Assembly (NCBI GenBank): GCA_039679445.1
Contig: JBDKUY010000071.1
Location: 324 to 64,323 of the forward strand
Direction of reading: 5' to 3'
From: Methanofastidiosum sp.
Lineage (GTDB): Archaea; Methanobacteriota_B; Thermococci; Methanofastidiosales; Methanofastidiosaceae
Length of the DNA stretch: 64,000 nucleotides
This document shows positions 20,253 through 29,426 of the stretch, piece after piece (the stretch's first letter is position 1; the number at the start of each line of letters is the position of its first letter). The translations under genes were made by a program, and so were the position numbers. The notes under the pieces are model-generated. The model did no database searches and was not told where the DNA came from. It saw only the letters and a list, made by a program, of their open reading frames with translations.

Positions 20253-21849
20253 ATTTAAATACTTTATAAGGGCATGATGATTGACATCTTAGACATGCCT
20301 CGCCATTACATCTTTCAGAGAGTATTCTTATTTTGAAATACCCTTCTTCTATTTCCTCTACCTTTAAAGCTCTTTCGGGGCATGACTTTTCACATTTTGC
20401 ACAACCCTGACAATTCTCAAATTCAGCTATTAATTCAACACCAATGTGATCTATTACTTTTAATTCTTCGCCAATGTCGGGTATATCCCTTTTGACAATT
20501 TTGTTTATCTGTAAATCACCCTTCACAGAAGGCAAATGTTGAATATTGTTCAGAGTAAGCATCTCATTGTATTTTTCCATTGACATTCCTTGTTCCCAAT
20601 ATGCAAGTTCTTGAACATATATATCAGTAAAAATTTTTGAAGTTGCAAACATGATATGTTTACTTCTTATTTTGTCTGCAAGTTTTTGTAATTCTTCTAA
20701 AGTATAGTTTTCAACTAAAACATCATAAGCTAAAAGTAATGAGGTATTCCCAACTTGGTACACTTTTTGAATAGTTGGCGGAATAAGACCTATCTTTCTT
20801 GACTTCATTGCATCGACATACGTTCCAGATGCACCACACATATACATAGTTTTAACTTCTTCAAGCTTTATTCCAGCTTCCTGTGCAAGAGTGAGGTGAC
20901 CTGCTCTAATAGCACCAATTGCTTTTCCTGCTTCCTTTAGGTCATCTTCAGTAAAGTAAATGTTTTCATCGAGCCTTAATCTTCTAGTTTTTGTGTAAAT
21001 ATATGGGAGCTCTATGACACCAGTTTCAAGACCTGCATAAATTACTGAAATAACACCTGTACCAGTAATCCCAATAGGCTGAACATTAGATAATTTCTTT
21101 CCCCTAAACTCTTCTTTCCATAAATCTAAAACTCTAACGCTTTGTGGCATCATGTTCTCATCAAGTACTAATGTATGCCACCCAAAATCAAGAACAACGT
21201 CAGATATTGCACCAGGAGATGCGAGCATACCACAAGAGATCTCTTGACCTTCTAGTGCCGGACCTGACGCTGCAGAGCCAGTAAATATCTTATCTCCAAC
21301 TTTTAAAGCCATTTCGGCATTTGTTCCGTAATCTGTTACTAATGATATCTCCTTGTTATCTAAAAAATTACTCTTTAACATCATTGCAAGCGCATCTGCA
21401 CCAATCTCATGTTTTATGGCTGGAGGTATGAGAATCTCGGCGTCCATGCCTTTGATTCCTAACTCTTGCGATGAAACTACTTTGGCATTTCTTGACTGAA
21501 TCTCTATCTTTTCAGCTTCGAGATACTTAGGGTCAGCATATGCCAAATCTTTGATGCCAATCCCTTCAAATAAAGAAAGCTGGATAGGATTTCCACAAAC
21601 GGCAATTTTTTCAATACTGCCAAGATCGATATTCATTTGGCTAAGGATCCTCTCGAAAGCATTAATCATTAATTTGTGAGCTATACCTTCACTGACCTTA
21701 ATTGCAAAGTTAAGGTGGTCCATCACGTTTGCGCCTGGTAATGGATGTCTTAGTGTAATAGCAGTTCTCAAAACTTTCTTTGACTCTAAATCGACAAGCT
21801 GAACTCTAAATCCACTTGTGCCTATATCAAATGCAATGCCCCTTGACAT
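20221..21849 (-). CDS. ramA: RamA-like ASKHA-fold ATPase with C-terminal 2x[4Fe-4S] ferredoxin domain (corrinoid reductive activase family, COG3894)
   Basis: N-terminal AFDIGTSGFRVQL ASKHA phosphate-1 motif. C-terminal CQGCAKCEKSCP and CLRCQSSCP ferredoxin motifs. ~540 aa like RamA. Confidence 0.65.
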   Translation of the reverse strand: MSRGIAFDIGTSGFRVQLVDLESKKVLRTAITLRHPLPGANVMDHLNFAIKVSEGIAHKLMINAFERILSQMNIDLGSIEKIAVCGNPIQLSLFEGIGIKDLAYADPKYLEAEKIEIQSRNAKVVSSQELGIKGMDAEILIPPAIKHEIGADALAMMLKSNFLDNKEISLVTDYGTNAEMALKVGDKIFTGSAASGPALEGQEISCGMLASPGAISDVVLDFGWHTLVLDENMMPQSVRVLDLWKEEFRGKKLSNVQPIGITGTGVISVIYAGLETGVIELPYIYTKTRRLRLDENIYFTEDDLKEAGKAIGAIRAGHLTLAQEAGIKLEEVKTMYMCGASGTYVDAMKSRKIGLIPPTIQKVYQVGNTSLLLAYDVLVENYTLEELQKLADKIRSKHIMFATSKIFTDIYVQELAYWEQGMSMEKYNEMLTLNNIQHLPSVKGDLQINKIVKRDIPDIGEELKVIDHIGVELIAEFENCQGCAKCEKSCPERALKVEEIEEGYFKIRILSERCNGEACLRCQSSCPYKVFKFEKLTESLDR

Positions 21850-22176
21850 ATTATCCTCTCAGATTATTATAATTCAAATCTCATAAACTAGCTATCCCCT
21901 TTTTAATCTTTCGGAATAAAGGTATGATATAAAATTATTTAAGAAAGTATTTATGTTATAAGAAATATAATATTCTAAATGTACAATTTTCAAAAAATAT
22001 AAATTATATATTTCTTTTAGATTAAATATTTATTCATTATTCAAATTTATTACTAATAAAGTATTTAGCATTCTAACATTTAACACCGAAAAATATATAA
22101 ATGGCCCTTTAAAATGACAATCGGATAAGGTTAGGTAAATTTTAAACCTTGTCTAATTAATCCAGGAGGAATCTTT

Positions 22177-23616
22177 TTGGACAAAAAGGATAGAATATAC
22201 AAAGTATTGTCTCAAATTGTTGGCGACGAGAAGTGGGTATCTAACAGTCCTGTGGACTGTTGGTGTTACTCATACGATATGTCTTTTGTCAGACCAAAGA
22301 TGCCACAGTATGTAGTTCTTCCACAAACAGTGGAAGAAATACAGTCCATTGTTAGGCTTGCAAATACAGAAAGAATACCAATAGTACCATTTACAGCAGG
22401 TACAAACATTGGTGGACTTTGCATACCAGAACAAGGTGGTATCGTTGTCGATCTCAAGAGAATGGACAAGATATTAAAGATAGACACTGAGTCTAGATAC
22501 GCCATAATTGAGCCAGGAGTAAGTCATGCCGAGTTGGCACAAGAATTATACAAAGTAAAAGCAAGATTTGGATGGCCAGTAGGTCCACCATCTGCATCAG
22601 TACTTGCAGCCGCAATTAACCACGGTATTGGAGGTATTACAGGCAGATACGGACTTAACAGTCAGCAAATAACAAGTATGGAAGTAGTTCTCCCAACGGG
22701 AGAAACAGCAAGAGTAGGTTCATGTGCTATTAGACCTGATGCCTGGCACAGCTGCTTACCATTACCAAGATTAGATGGTTTATTCACCGGATGGCTTGGA
22801 ACTACCGGTATTGTTACAAAGCTTGGTATATTTACACCACCGGTGCCTGACTATGTGGATATAGTTTCGGTATCAACAAAAAATCTAACAGACATGGAAA
22901 GTTACATGAGAACATTCAGTAAATACGAATACGCAGACGATCTTACTGCAGTTTCATGGTGGCTATCTCAGGTTCCAATTCCATACCCATTGAAGGAAAA
23001 ACCAAAAGGCGACCCAGAATGGTTCTCATACGCTGTATTATACAGCTTTACAGAGAAGGAACTTGAAAACAAGTTAGACACATTTAACAAGGTTGTTAAA
23101 GGAGAAAAGGCAAAGGGAAGCTCAGTCGAAGCTACCCCATACCCCCCAGAAGCAAAGAAAGCAAGAACAGAACTTCCATCTCAGATTGTAGGTTCTACAA
23201 AGAACTACTGCAAGCAGGGAGGGGGAGGAATTTCATGGCCAGGTACATTTACACCATCAAACAGATGGGTAGAAGTATACGATAAATGGAAAGACATCTA
23301 CTTCAACAAACTAAGCCCAGCTTTATCACCTGCAGTCAGGGTTACAATGTACAGAGGAACACACTACGGTATGTTAAGACTTATGACTCCATTCCCAAGA
23401 GACAGACCAGCTGAAGAAGCCAACGCTGCTCACGGTATAATTGAGTGTCTTAAGGTACTTCTTGATGCTGGAGGTATTCCATACAAGCCACCAGTTGCAA
23501 TGCAGAGAGAAATTAACCAGAGAGCGGACCCAGGATATGTCGACCTTATTATTAAGGTAAAGGACATGCTTGACCCCAACCATATCATGAACCCAGGTAA
23601 ATATCAGGTAAGGTGA
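22177..23616 (+). CDS. FAD-binding oxidase (GlcD / D-lactate dehydrogenase-like)
   Basis: FAD-binding PCMH-type domain. Partner CCG-domain subunit immediately downstream. Apparent TTG start, preceded by a GGAGG Shine-Dalgarno. Confidence 0.78.
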   Translation: MDKKDRIYKVLSQIVGDEKWVSNSPVDCWCYSYDMSFVRPKMPQYVVLPQTVEEIQSIVRLANTERIPIVPFTAGTNIGGLCIPEQGGIVVDLKRMDKILKIDTESRYAIIEPGVSHAELAQELYKVKARFGWPVGPPSASVLAAAINHGIGGITGRYGLNSQQITSMEVVLPTGETARVGSCAIRPDAWHSCLPLPRLDGLFTGWLGTTGIVTKLGIFTPPVPDYVDIVSVSTKNLTDMESYMRTFSKYEYADDLTAVSWWLSQVPIPYPLKEKPKGDPEWFSYAVLYSFTEKELENKLDTFNKVVKGEKAKGSSVEATPYPPEAKKARTELPSQIVGSTKNYCKQGGGGISWPGTFTPSNRWVEVYDKWKDIYFNKLSPALSPAVRVTMYRGTHYGMLRLMTPFPRDRPAEEANAAHGIIECLKVLLDAGGIPYKPPVAMQREINQRADPGYVDLIIKVKDMLDPNHIMNPGKYQVR

Positions 23617-24893
23617 AGAAAATGGAGAACTTTAAAGATTTAAAATTTTACTCACAGTACTTTAGAAAATGCTCAAAGTGTGGAACATGTAAGTCTGCTT
23701 ACTCATATGGACCTCCACCCACTAATGCAACAATATGTCCCCAAGGAGAATACTTTAAGTTAGACTCCTACTTTGGTTCAAGATCCAAGTCATTCCATGG
23801 GCATGCTATTCTTGAAAACAAGGTAGACTTAACAGACCCTGCAATACAGGAAGATATGCAAAAGGCAATCTTTTCATGTACAGTCTGTGGAGGATGTCAG
23901 AGCCAGTGTCTCCTTGACTACAAGCCTTGGATAGTTGACTACATTGAACAGATAAGAAATCACTTAGTTAACATGGGAATAGGGCCAACAAAAGCAGAGA
24001 AAGTATACCAAGAAAAGATCATAAAAGATCACAACCCTTACGGCGAAACACACACTTCCAGATTCAACTGGTTAAAAGATGTAAAAGACTTGAAGACAGA
24101 CGGTAACACAGTTTACTTTGCAGGATGTACAGCATCCTACAGAAGAACTGAAATCGCTAAATCAACAGCCAGTGTTTTATCAAAACTTGGAGAAGACTGG
24201 GCAGTTATGGGCGAAAATGAATACTGCTGTGGTTCACCACTTCTAAGAGCTGGTTTAAGAGACGAGCCACAGAAGCTAGCTGAACACAATGTCGATTACA
24301 TAAACGACCAGGGATTCAAGACAGTAGTAACTGCTTGTGCTGGATGTTACAAGGTCCTTTCAAAAGAATACGAAAAATGGTGGGGCTTAAAGCTAAAGGC
24401 TAAAGTCATGCACACATCTCAATACCTTGAAGAAAAGATGCAGAAAGGCCAACTTAAGTTAAACAAAGTTGACGCTAAAGTAACATACCACGATCCATGT
24501 CACATGGGAAGACACATGAACCACTACGAAGTAGACTTCGACGGAAAGAAACAGTGGAAAGGCTCATTCATCCAGGTTGACAAAGTAGGCCTATACGAAA
24601 CACCAAGAAATGTCCTAAAAGCTATACCAGGCGTAGAGCTAAAGGAAATGTACAGAAACAGAGACAACTCCTTCTGCTGCGGTGCTGGTGGAGGTATTAA
24701 ATCATCCTATCCAGACGTAGCTCTTGAAACTGCAAAGACAAGAGTACAGGAAGCAGAGAAGGTCCAGGGAGTACAGAAGATTGTAACCCCATGTCCATTC
24801 TGTGTCACAAACCTTGGTGACGGTGCAAAAGCACTTGGTTCCAAGATGGAAGTCATTGACTTAATCCAGTTAGTCGACCAGGCACTAAAGTAA
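23613..24893 (+). CDS. Fe-S oxidoreductase with two 4Fe-4S motifs and two CCG domains (GlcF/HdrD-like)
   Basis: CSKCGTCKS and CTVCGGCQSQC ferredoxin motifs plus CCGSP / CCGAGGG cysteine-rich CCG domains. ATGA-type overlap with the upstream FAD subunit. Confidence 0.8.
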   Translation: MKKMENFKDLKFYSQYFRKCSKCGTCKSAYSYGPPPTNATICPQGEYFKLDSYFGSRSKSFHGHAILENKVDLTDPAIQEDMQKAIFSCTVCGGCQSQCLLDYKPWIVDYIEQIRNHLVNMGIGPTKAEKVYQEKIIKDHNPYGETHTSRFNWLKDVKDLKTDGNTVYFAGCTASYRRTEIAKSTASVLSKLGEDWAVMGENEYCCGSPLLRAGLRDEPQKLAEHNVDYINDQGFKTVVTACAGCYKVLSKEYEKWWGLKLKAKVMHTSQYLEEKMQKGQLKLNKVDAKVTYHDPCHMGRHMNHYEVDFDGKKQWKGSFIQVDKVGLYETPRNVLKAIPGVELKEMYRNRDNSFCCGAGGGIKSSYPDVALETAKTRVQEAEKVQGVQKIVTPCPFCVTNLGDGAKALGSKMEVIDLIQLVDQALK

Positions 24894-24951
24894 ATAAATT
24901 AAAATATTTTATTTTTTCTTTTAAATTTTTAAATATTATAAGAGGAATTTT

Positions 24952-25293
24952 ATGAAACCCGAACACTATTTATTTGTATCTAATGAATCAGATGATTTTA
25001 CTGACATTTACACCACAAAAATTATTGGCAACTATGTTAAATTTGATTTAGAATTAAAAGATAAAGATGGAAAATTAATAAACGAAGGCGAACTTCACGT
25101 CCAGATAGTATCTGAAATGTATATGCCTTTAATAGTCAAGAGATTCAATCCTTTTGAAGGAAAACTATCTTTAACTATCGGAAATGAACATATTGGTTCA
25201 TGCGATGCAATATTTATAATCCGATTCAAATCAGATAGAATCATAGATACTTCAAAATCAAATGTAGATGTTGAATTTTTAAATACTGAATAA
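24952..25293 (+). CDS. Hypothetical protein
   Basis: 113-aa ORF with no recognisable motif. Coding-like composition. Confidence 0.3.
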   Translation: MKPEHYLFVSNESDDFTDIYTTKIIGNYVKFDLELKDKDGKLINEGELHVQIVSEMYMPLIVKRFNPFEGKLSLTIGNEHIGSCDAIFIIRFKSDRIIDTSKSNVDVEFLNTE

Positions 25294-25318
25294 AAAGAAA
25301 AATAGTTTATTTTTTTAA

Positions 25319-26551
25319 TTATATTTTATCTAGTGCAGATTTTAGGTCGTTAATAAGATCTTCATGATTTTCTATTCCAACTGAAAGTCTTATCATGTTG
25401 TCTGTAACCTCAGCATCTCTTAATGATTTTTCATCAACTTCTGAGTGTGTCATTGCTTTTGGGTGTTCTATTAAGGATTCTGTCCCCCCAAGACTTACAG
25501 CTAATTTACATAATTTGACACTATTTAAAAATTTAAAAGCCTCTTTCTTTCCACCCTTGACATAGAAAGACAATAAAGACCCAGGACCTTTACACTGTTT
25601 TTTGTATATTCTATACTGTTCACTGTTCTTATCGTATAGCTCAGGATAAATTACTCTTTCAACTTTTGGGTGATGCGACAAAAATTCAGCTATTTTTATT
25701 GCGTTTTCCATCTGTCTTTGCATTCTTATGTGGACAGTTTCTAATGACCTTGCCATAAGCCATGCATCAAATGGATTTCCGTTTGTCCCTATCATGCCCC
25801 TGATTCCTTTTACCTTGGAGAGGTCTTCTTTTGATCCAAGAGCTGCACCAGCAATAATATCTGAATGCCCCCCAATGAATTTTGTTGCAGAATATAGGAC
25901 TATGTCAACTTTCTGCTCAAAAGGAGACTGGAAGACTGGTCCCATGAATGTGTTATCTACAATAACTTTAGCACTAATCCCTTCTTTCCTTAATTTATCC
26001 CTTATCTTTACTATAGCTTCTATGTCAATCATTACGTTGTTGGGGTTTGCAGGTGTTTCAACGTAAAGTATAACTGATTTCCCCTTAATTTTTTGTTTAA
26101 ATGAATTTATCTTGGCTTCCATCAAATTTGGCGTATCTGATCCAGCTTTGACATGTATTGTAGTTACTCCCATTTTTTCAAAGAATTCTTTGAAAAGAAA
26201 TTCAGTTCCTCCGTAAACAGGATTTGCATAGAATATATAGTCTCCATTTTTTACGAATGCAAGTAAAGTTGAAGTAATCGCCGCCATTCCGGAACCAAAG
26301 ATAGCTGCTGCTTCAGCGCCCTCTAATAAAGAAAGCCTTTCTTCAACAATATCAAAGTTTGGATTGGCAAATCGGGAGTACACAAATCCTTCTTCCCCTT
26401 TGTCAAGACCTAGTGCGACTCTAATAAAGGATTCCCCTTCTTCGGCACTTTTGAATTTGTAAGTGCTTGTTAAAAATATAGGGGGTTTTACTGCACCGTT
26501 ATACTTTAACGGGTCATAGCCCTTACTTATAACAATAGTTTCTTTTTTCAT
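25319..26551 (-). CDS. PLP-dependent Cys/Met metabolism enzyme (O-acetylhomoserine sulfhydrylase / cystathionine gamma-synthase family)
   Basis: YSATKFIGGHSDIIAGA PLP-lysine motif characteristic of the Cys/Met-metabolism PLP family. 410 aa. Confidence 0.82.
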   Translation of the reverse strand: MKKETIVISKGYDPLKYNGAVKPPIFLTSTYKFKSAEEGESFIRVALGLDKGEEGFVYSRFANPNFDIVEERLSLLEGAEAAAIFGSGMAAITSTLLAFVKNGDYIFYANPVYGGTEFLFKEFFEKMGVTTIHVKAGSDTPNLMEAKINSFKQKIKGKSVILYVETPANPNNVMIDIEAIVKIRDKLRKEGISAKVIVDNTFMGPVFQSPFEQKVDIVLYSATKFIGGHSDIIAGAALGSKEDLSKVKGIRGMIGTNGNPFDAWLMARSLETVHIRMQRQMENAIKIAEFLSHHPKVERVIYPELYDKNSEQYRIYKKQCKGPGSLLSFYVKGGKKEAFKFLNSVKLCKLAVSLGGTESLIEHPKAMTHSEVDEKSLRDAEVTDNMIRLSVGIENHEDLINDLKSALDKI

Positions 26552-26609
26552 TTAATCACTCTCAACATTATTCCAAATATTTATAAAGAACATTATAAAA
26601 GTTTCTTTT

Positions 26610-26837
26610 ATGAAGTCTGTTGGGAGGGTTCTCCATTCAATTGGCCCTCTTTTTATATTAAGGTCAAAAAAAGTTAAAATTAGGGATATTGGTGCCGATG
26701 CTTACGTAGGAGATAAAAGAATTGGCAAAATCATAGAGCTATTCGGACCAGTAGAGGACCCATATGTTAAGATTGTCTCTAGAAGAGACATAAAAGACAG
26801 AAAAAGTTTTGTTGGAAAAGATGTTTCAATTAGATAG
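26610..26837 (+). CDS. gar1: H/ACA ribonucleoprotein subunit Gar1
   Basis: 75-aa beta-barrel protein with the archaeal Gar1 pattern (VGRVLHS...KIVS...GKDV). Confidence 0.65.
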   Translation: MKSVGRVLHSIGPLFILRSKKVKIRDIGADAYVGDKRIGKIIELFGPVEDPYVKIVSRRDIKDRKSFVGKDVSIR

Positions 26838-26854
26838 AGTTTTTGAGGTCTTTT

Positions 26855-29353
26855 ATGAATAATATCGTAAAGACACTATTGGTAGTATTCTTGCTTATGT
26901 CTTCATTCTCAGGATTCAATCCTGTTTTGAGCCAAGATACGGGATATTCTATTGAAGTATTGCCTTCCTTCTCTATAGTTACTCAAGAAGATATCCCAAG
27001 ACTTGTGGATCTAGCTTCCAAGAATAACGTTAATACAATTTACTTACACGTTAAGAGGGGTACAGGCACAAATCCTTCGCCCGGTGTAGTCTTTTATAAT
27101 AGCAGAATCGCACCTACTTTTTATAATTTCGATGTGCTATCATTAATGGTTGAAGAAGCTCATAAAAAGAATATAAAAATATATGCTGTTGTCCCGGTTT
27201 TTTATGATGTTATTGCTGCCAATAAAGGTTTTGCTTCTGAGGGCCCTCAGTCAGACGGATGGGTCTGCCCACAAACAGGTTTTAATTATGAAAAAAGCAT
27301 AATCGATGAGATAACAAACGGATACAAAGTCGATGGAGTAGTTTTGGAATACTTTGGGAATCCAAATAATTTAAACTGCCAATGTGCTGATTGCATTAGA
27401 GAGTTTTCAAGAAGATATGAGGTATCGACTGAAAGATTAAATCTAGAAACAGAAAAACTAAACAATTCTGAATTGTGGGTTAAATGGAATGTATACCGAG
27501 CTGATGAACTTGCAAAACGTTTGGAAATTTTATCACAAGACATAAGAAACAATAAAAAAATGAAATTAGGAATTATTATACCCCCAACAACCTATAGAGA
27601 TTACTTTGAAAACACTGATTTTGGAATTGATGCAAAAAAAATAGGAGATTACATTGATTTTTTGGTATATAGGCGCCAGGGGCTACCCTTAGAATATGTT
27701 CCTGATGCCACAAATGGGTATAGCCTTCAATACGACGGGGACATATATGTTACGGTGGAAAACAAGGATATCGGACTACTGAACTTAGTATATTCTGGAT
27801 CAGAATATACATCGGGGATTATATATTTCCAGAGAGAGCCCTGGACTACCCAGAGTTTTGCAAGAATATCTAAATCAAGGGCCGAATCCACAAACATATG
27901 GGCAGTAAGAGTTGACTCAAGAGAGTACTTCAATCCTGATCTTGATTCATACATCCCTATTTGGAAAAATAACAATATTAATACAGTAATACTAAGTGCT
28001 GGTAGACCATACGCAATTAATTTTAGATGGTCTGGGCACGAAAAGGAATACAGCTCTTTAGTTCAATTATCAACTGACGACCCGTTAGAAAAAATGGTTA
28101 ACAAACTAAAAAGCGAAGGATTTAAGGTCGTAGTTTCTTTTAGCCTGAATAGCCCCGAATATATACAGGCCAATCCTGGTTCTGCTGCACTTGATTATGT
28201 ATTTTCTAGAAGCCCTTCAAAAGTTTCGATGGTTGAAATATCTCAAGGCACTTACGGTAAATATTATATTGATACTGTTGAGCATATAATAAAAAATTAC
28301 GATATAGATGCTATTTTAGTAACTAATGGAGATTTTTACGAGTATAGCTATGATTCAAGGTCCGAGGAGGAATATCTAAAATATATGAACTCAAGAGGAA
28401 CTGTCGTTTATGGATGGCCTACGAAAGGCCTAGTAGTCAATATTGACGACAGCACCATCACGAATTGGCAGAACTTTGAGATGGAAAAATTTTATTCTAC
28501 ACTAAAAAACAGGATAATTAATTACGAAGTTGAACTATGGATTTCTGCTAAGACTGATGAAAAGGACCCGAATAACCTGTCTAGGAAATATGGTCAGGAT
28601 TTAAACATGTTAAACAACTATGCGACAAGAGTAGTTGTGACTGCACCACTCACAGAGGATATTGCTACCAAGAACAGAAACTTTGCAGATAATCTGCGTG
28701 AAGAAGGTATATCTTACGTATTAGATGTTCCTTTGATAAAAGGAGCTAGTACCCCCGTCACAAAAGATGAATTAGAATTAATAATGCAGAATTCAATAGA
28801 TGGTGGAACAAAATATACATTATTATCTTCCAATTATCTGATAAATGAAGATATGTGGAGTTCAGTTTTGAAACTATCATTGTATAAAGAAATAGCCAAG
28901 TTAGATGACGCCCAACTCATGAACTTTTATAATGAAGGCCGTTATGATTTCTTAATAGGGCGAGTTGAGGAGATAAAAAAGATAAAGGAAGACGAAATTA
29001 CAAACCTTAGAAATCAGTCGAAAACTAAGATTAAAAATCTAGACAATATTATAGAGAATATTGAATCGAAACTTAGCGCTACGAAGAGTTTAGGATTTGA
29101 TACTTCGCAAGTAGCGGAAAAGTGGGATTTTGGTAAAAGGGAGTACAGTATAGCTAAAAATTCTTTTATAGAAGGTAGATACAAGCAAGCACTTGACAGC
29201 TCAGACAATGCTGAGATAGTTTTGGGTCAGGTTAATTATATACTTCAAGGAGAGATCGACAAGGTTTATTCTTCAAGGATGTTTATAGGTTTTACAACAA
29301 TTATAGTGTTTGTTATATTCCTGTTTCTTATCTATTATTCCAACAGGGAGTAA
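26855..29353 (+). CDS. Secreted, C-terminally membrane-anchored protein with glycoside-hydrolase-like (GHL10/TIM-barrel) domain(s)
   Basis: Signal peptide (MNNIVKTLLVVFLLMSSFSG). An N-terminal region resembling the GHL10 family (NTIYLHVKRGTGTNPSPGVVFYNS...EAHKKNIKIYAVV). C-terminal TM helix (FIGFTTIIVFVIFLFLIYY). Start moved to the ATG at 26855 after a GAGG SD. Confidence 0.5.
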   Translation: MNNIVKTLLVVFLLMSSFSGFNPVLSQDTGYSIEVLPSFSIVTQEDIPRLVDLASKNNVNTIYLHVKRGTGTNPSPGVVFYNSRIAPTFYNFDVLSLMVEEAHKKNIKIYAVVPVFYDVIAANKGFASEGPQSDGWVCPQTGFNYEKSIIDEITNGYKVDGVVLEYFGNPNNLNCQCADCIREFSRRYEVSTERLNLETEKLNNSELWVKWNVYRADELAKRLEILSQDIRNNKKMKLGIIIPPTTYRDYFENTDFGIDAKKIGDYIDFLVYRRQGLPLEYVPDATNGYSLQYDGDIYVTVENKDIGLLNLVYSGSEYTSGIIYFQREPWTTQSFARISKSRAESTNIWAVRVDSREYFNPDLDSYIPIWKNNNINTVILSAGRPYAINFRWSGHEKEYSSLVQLSTDDPLEKMVNKLKSEGFKVVVSFSLNSPEYIQANPGSAALDYVFSRSPSKVSMVEISQGTYGKYYIDTVEHIIKNYDIDAILVTNGDFYEYSYDSRSEEEYLKYMNSRGTVVYGWPTKGLVVNIDDSTITNWQNFEMEKFYSTLKNRIINYEVELWISAKTDEKDPNNLSRKYGQDLNMLNNYATRVVVTAPLTEDIATKNRNFADNLREEGISYVLDVPLIKGASTPVTKDELELIMQNSIDGGTKYTLLSSNYLINEDMWSSVLKLSLYKEIAKLDDAQLMNFYNEGRYDFLIGRVEEIKKIKEDEITNLRNQSKTKIKNLDNIIENIESKLSATKSLGFDTSQVAEKWDFGKREYSIAKNSFIEGRYKQALDSSDNAEIVLGQVNYILQGEIDKVYSSRMFIGFTTIIVFVIFLFLIYYSNRE

Positions 29354-29426
29354 AAAGAATTAGTTTTAAATATCTCTTTCTTATTAGTTAATTATAGATC
29401 TAAAAAGATTTACAATAGCATAAGTT

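Noticed and set aside
26843-26854. TTG start for the GHL10-like gene as given by the ORF track
   Set aside because: An ATG 12 nt downstream is preceded by a GAGG Shine-Dalgarno at proper spacing and gives a cleaner signal peptide.
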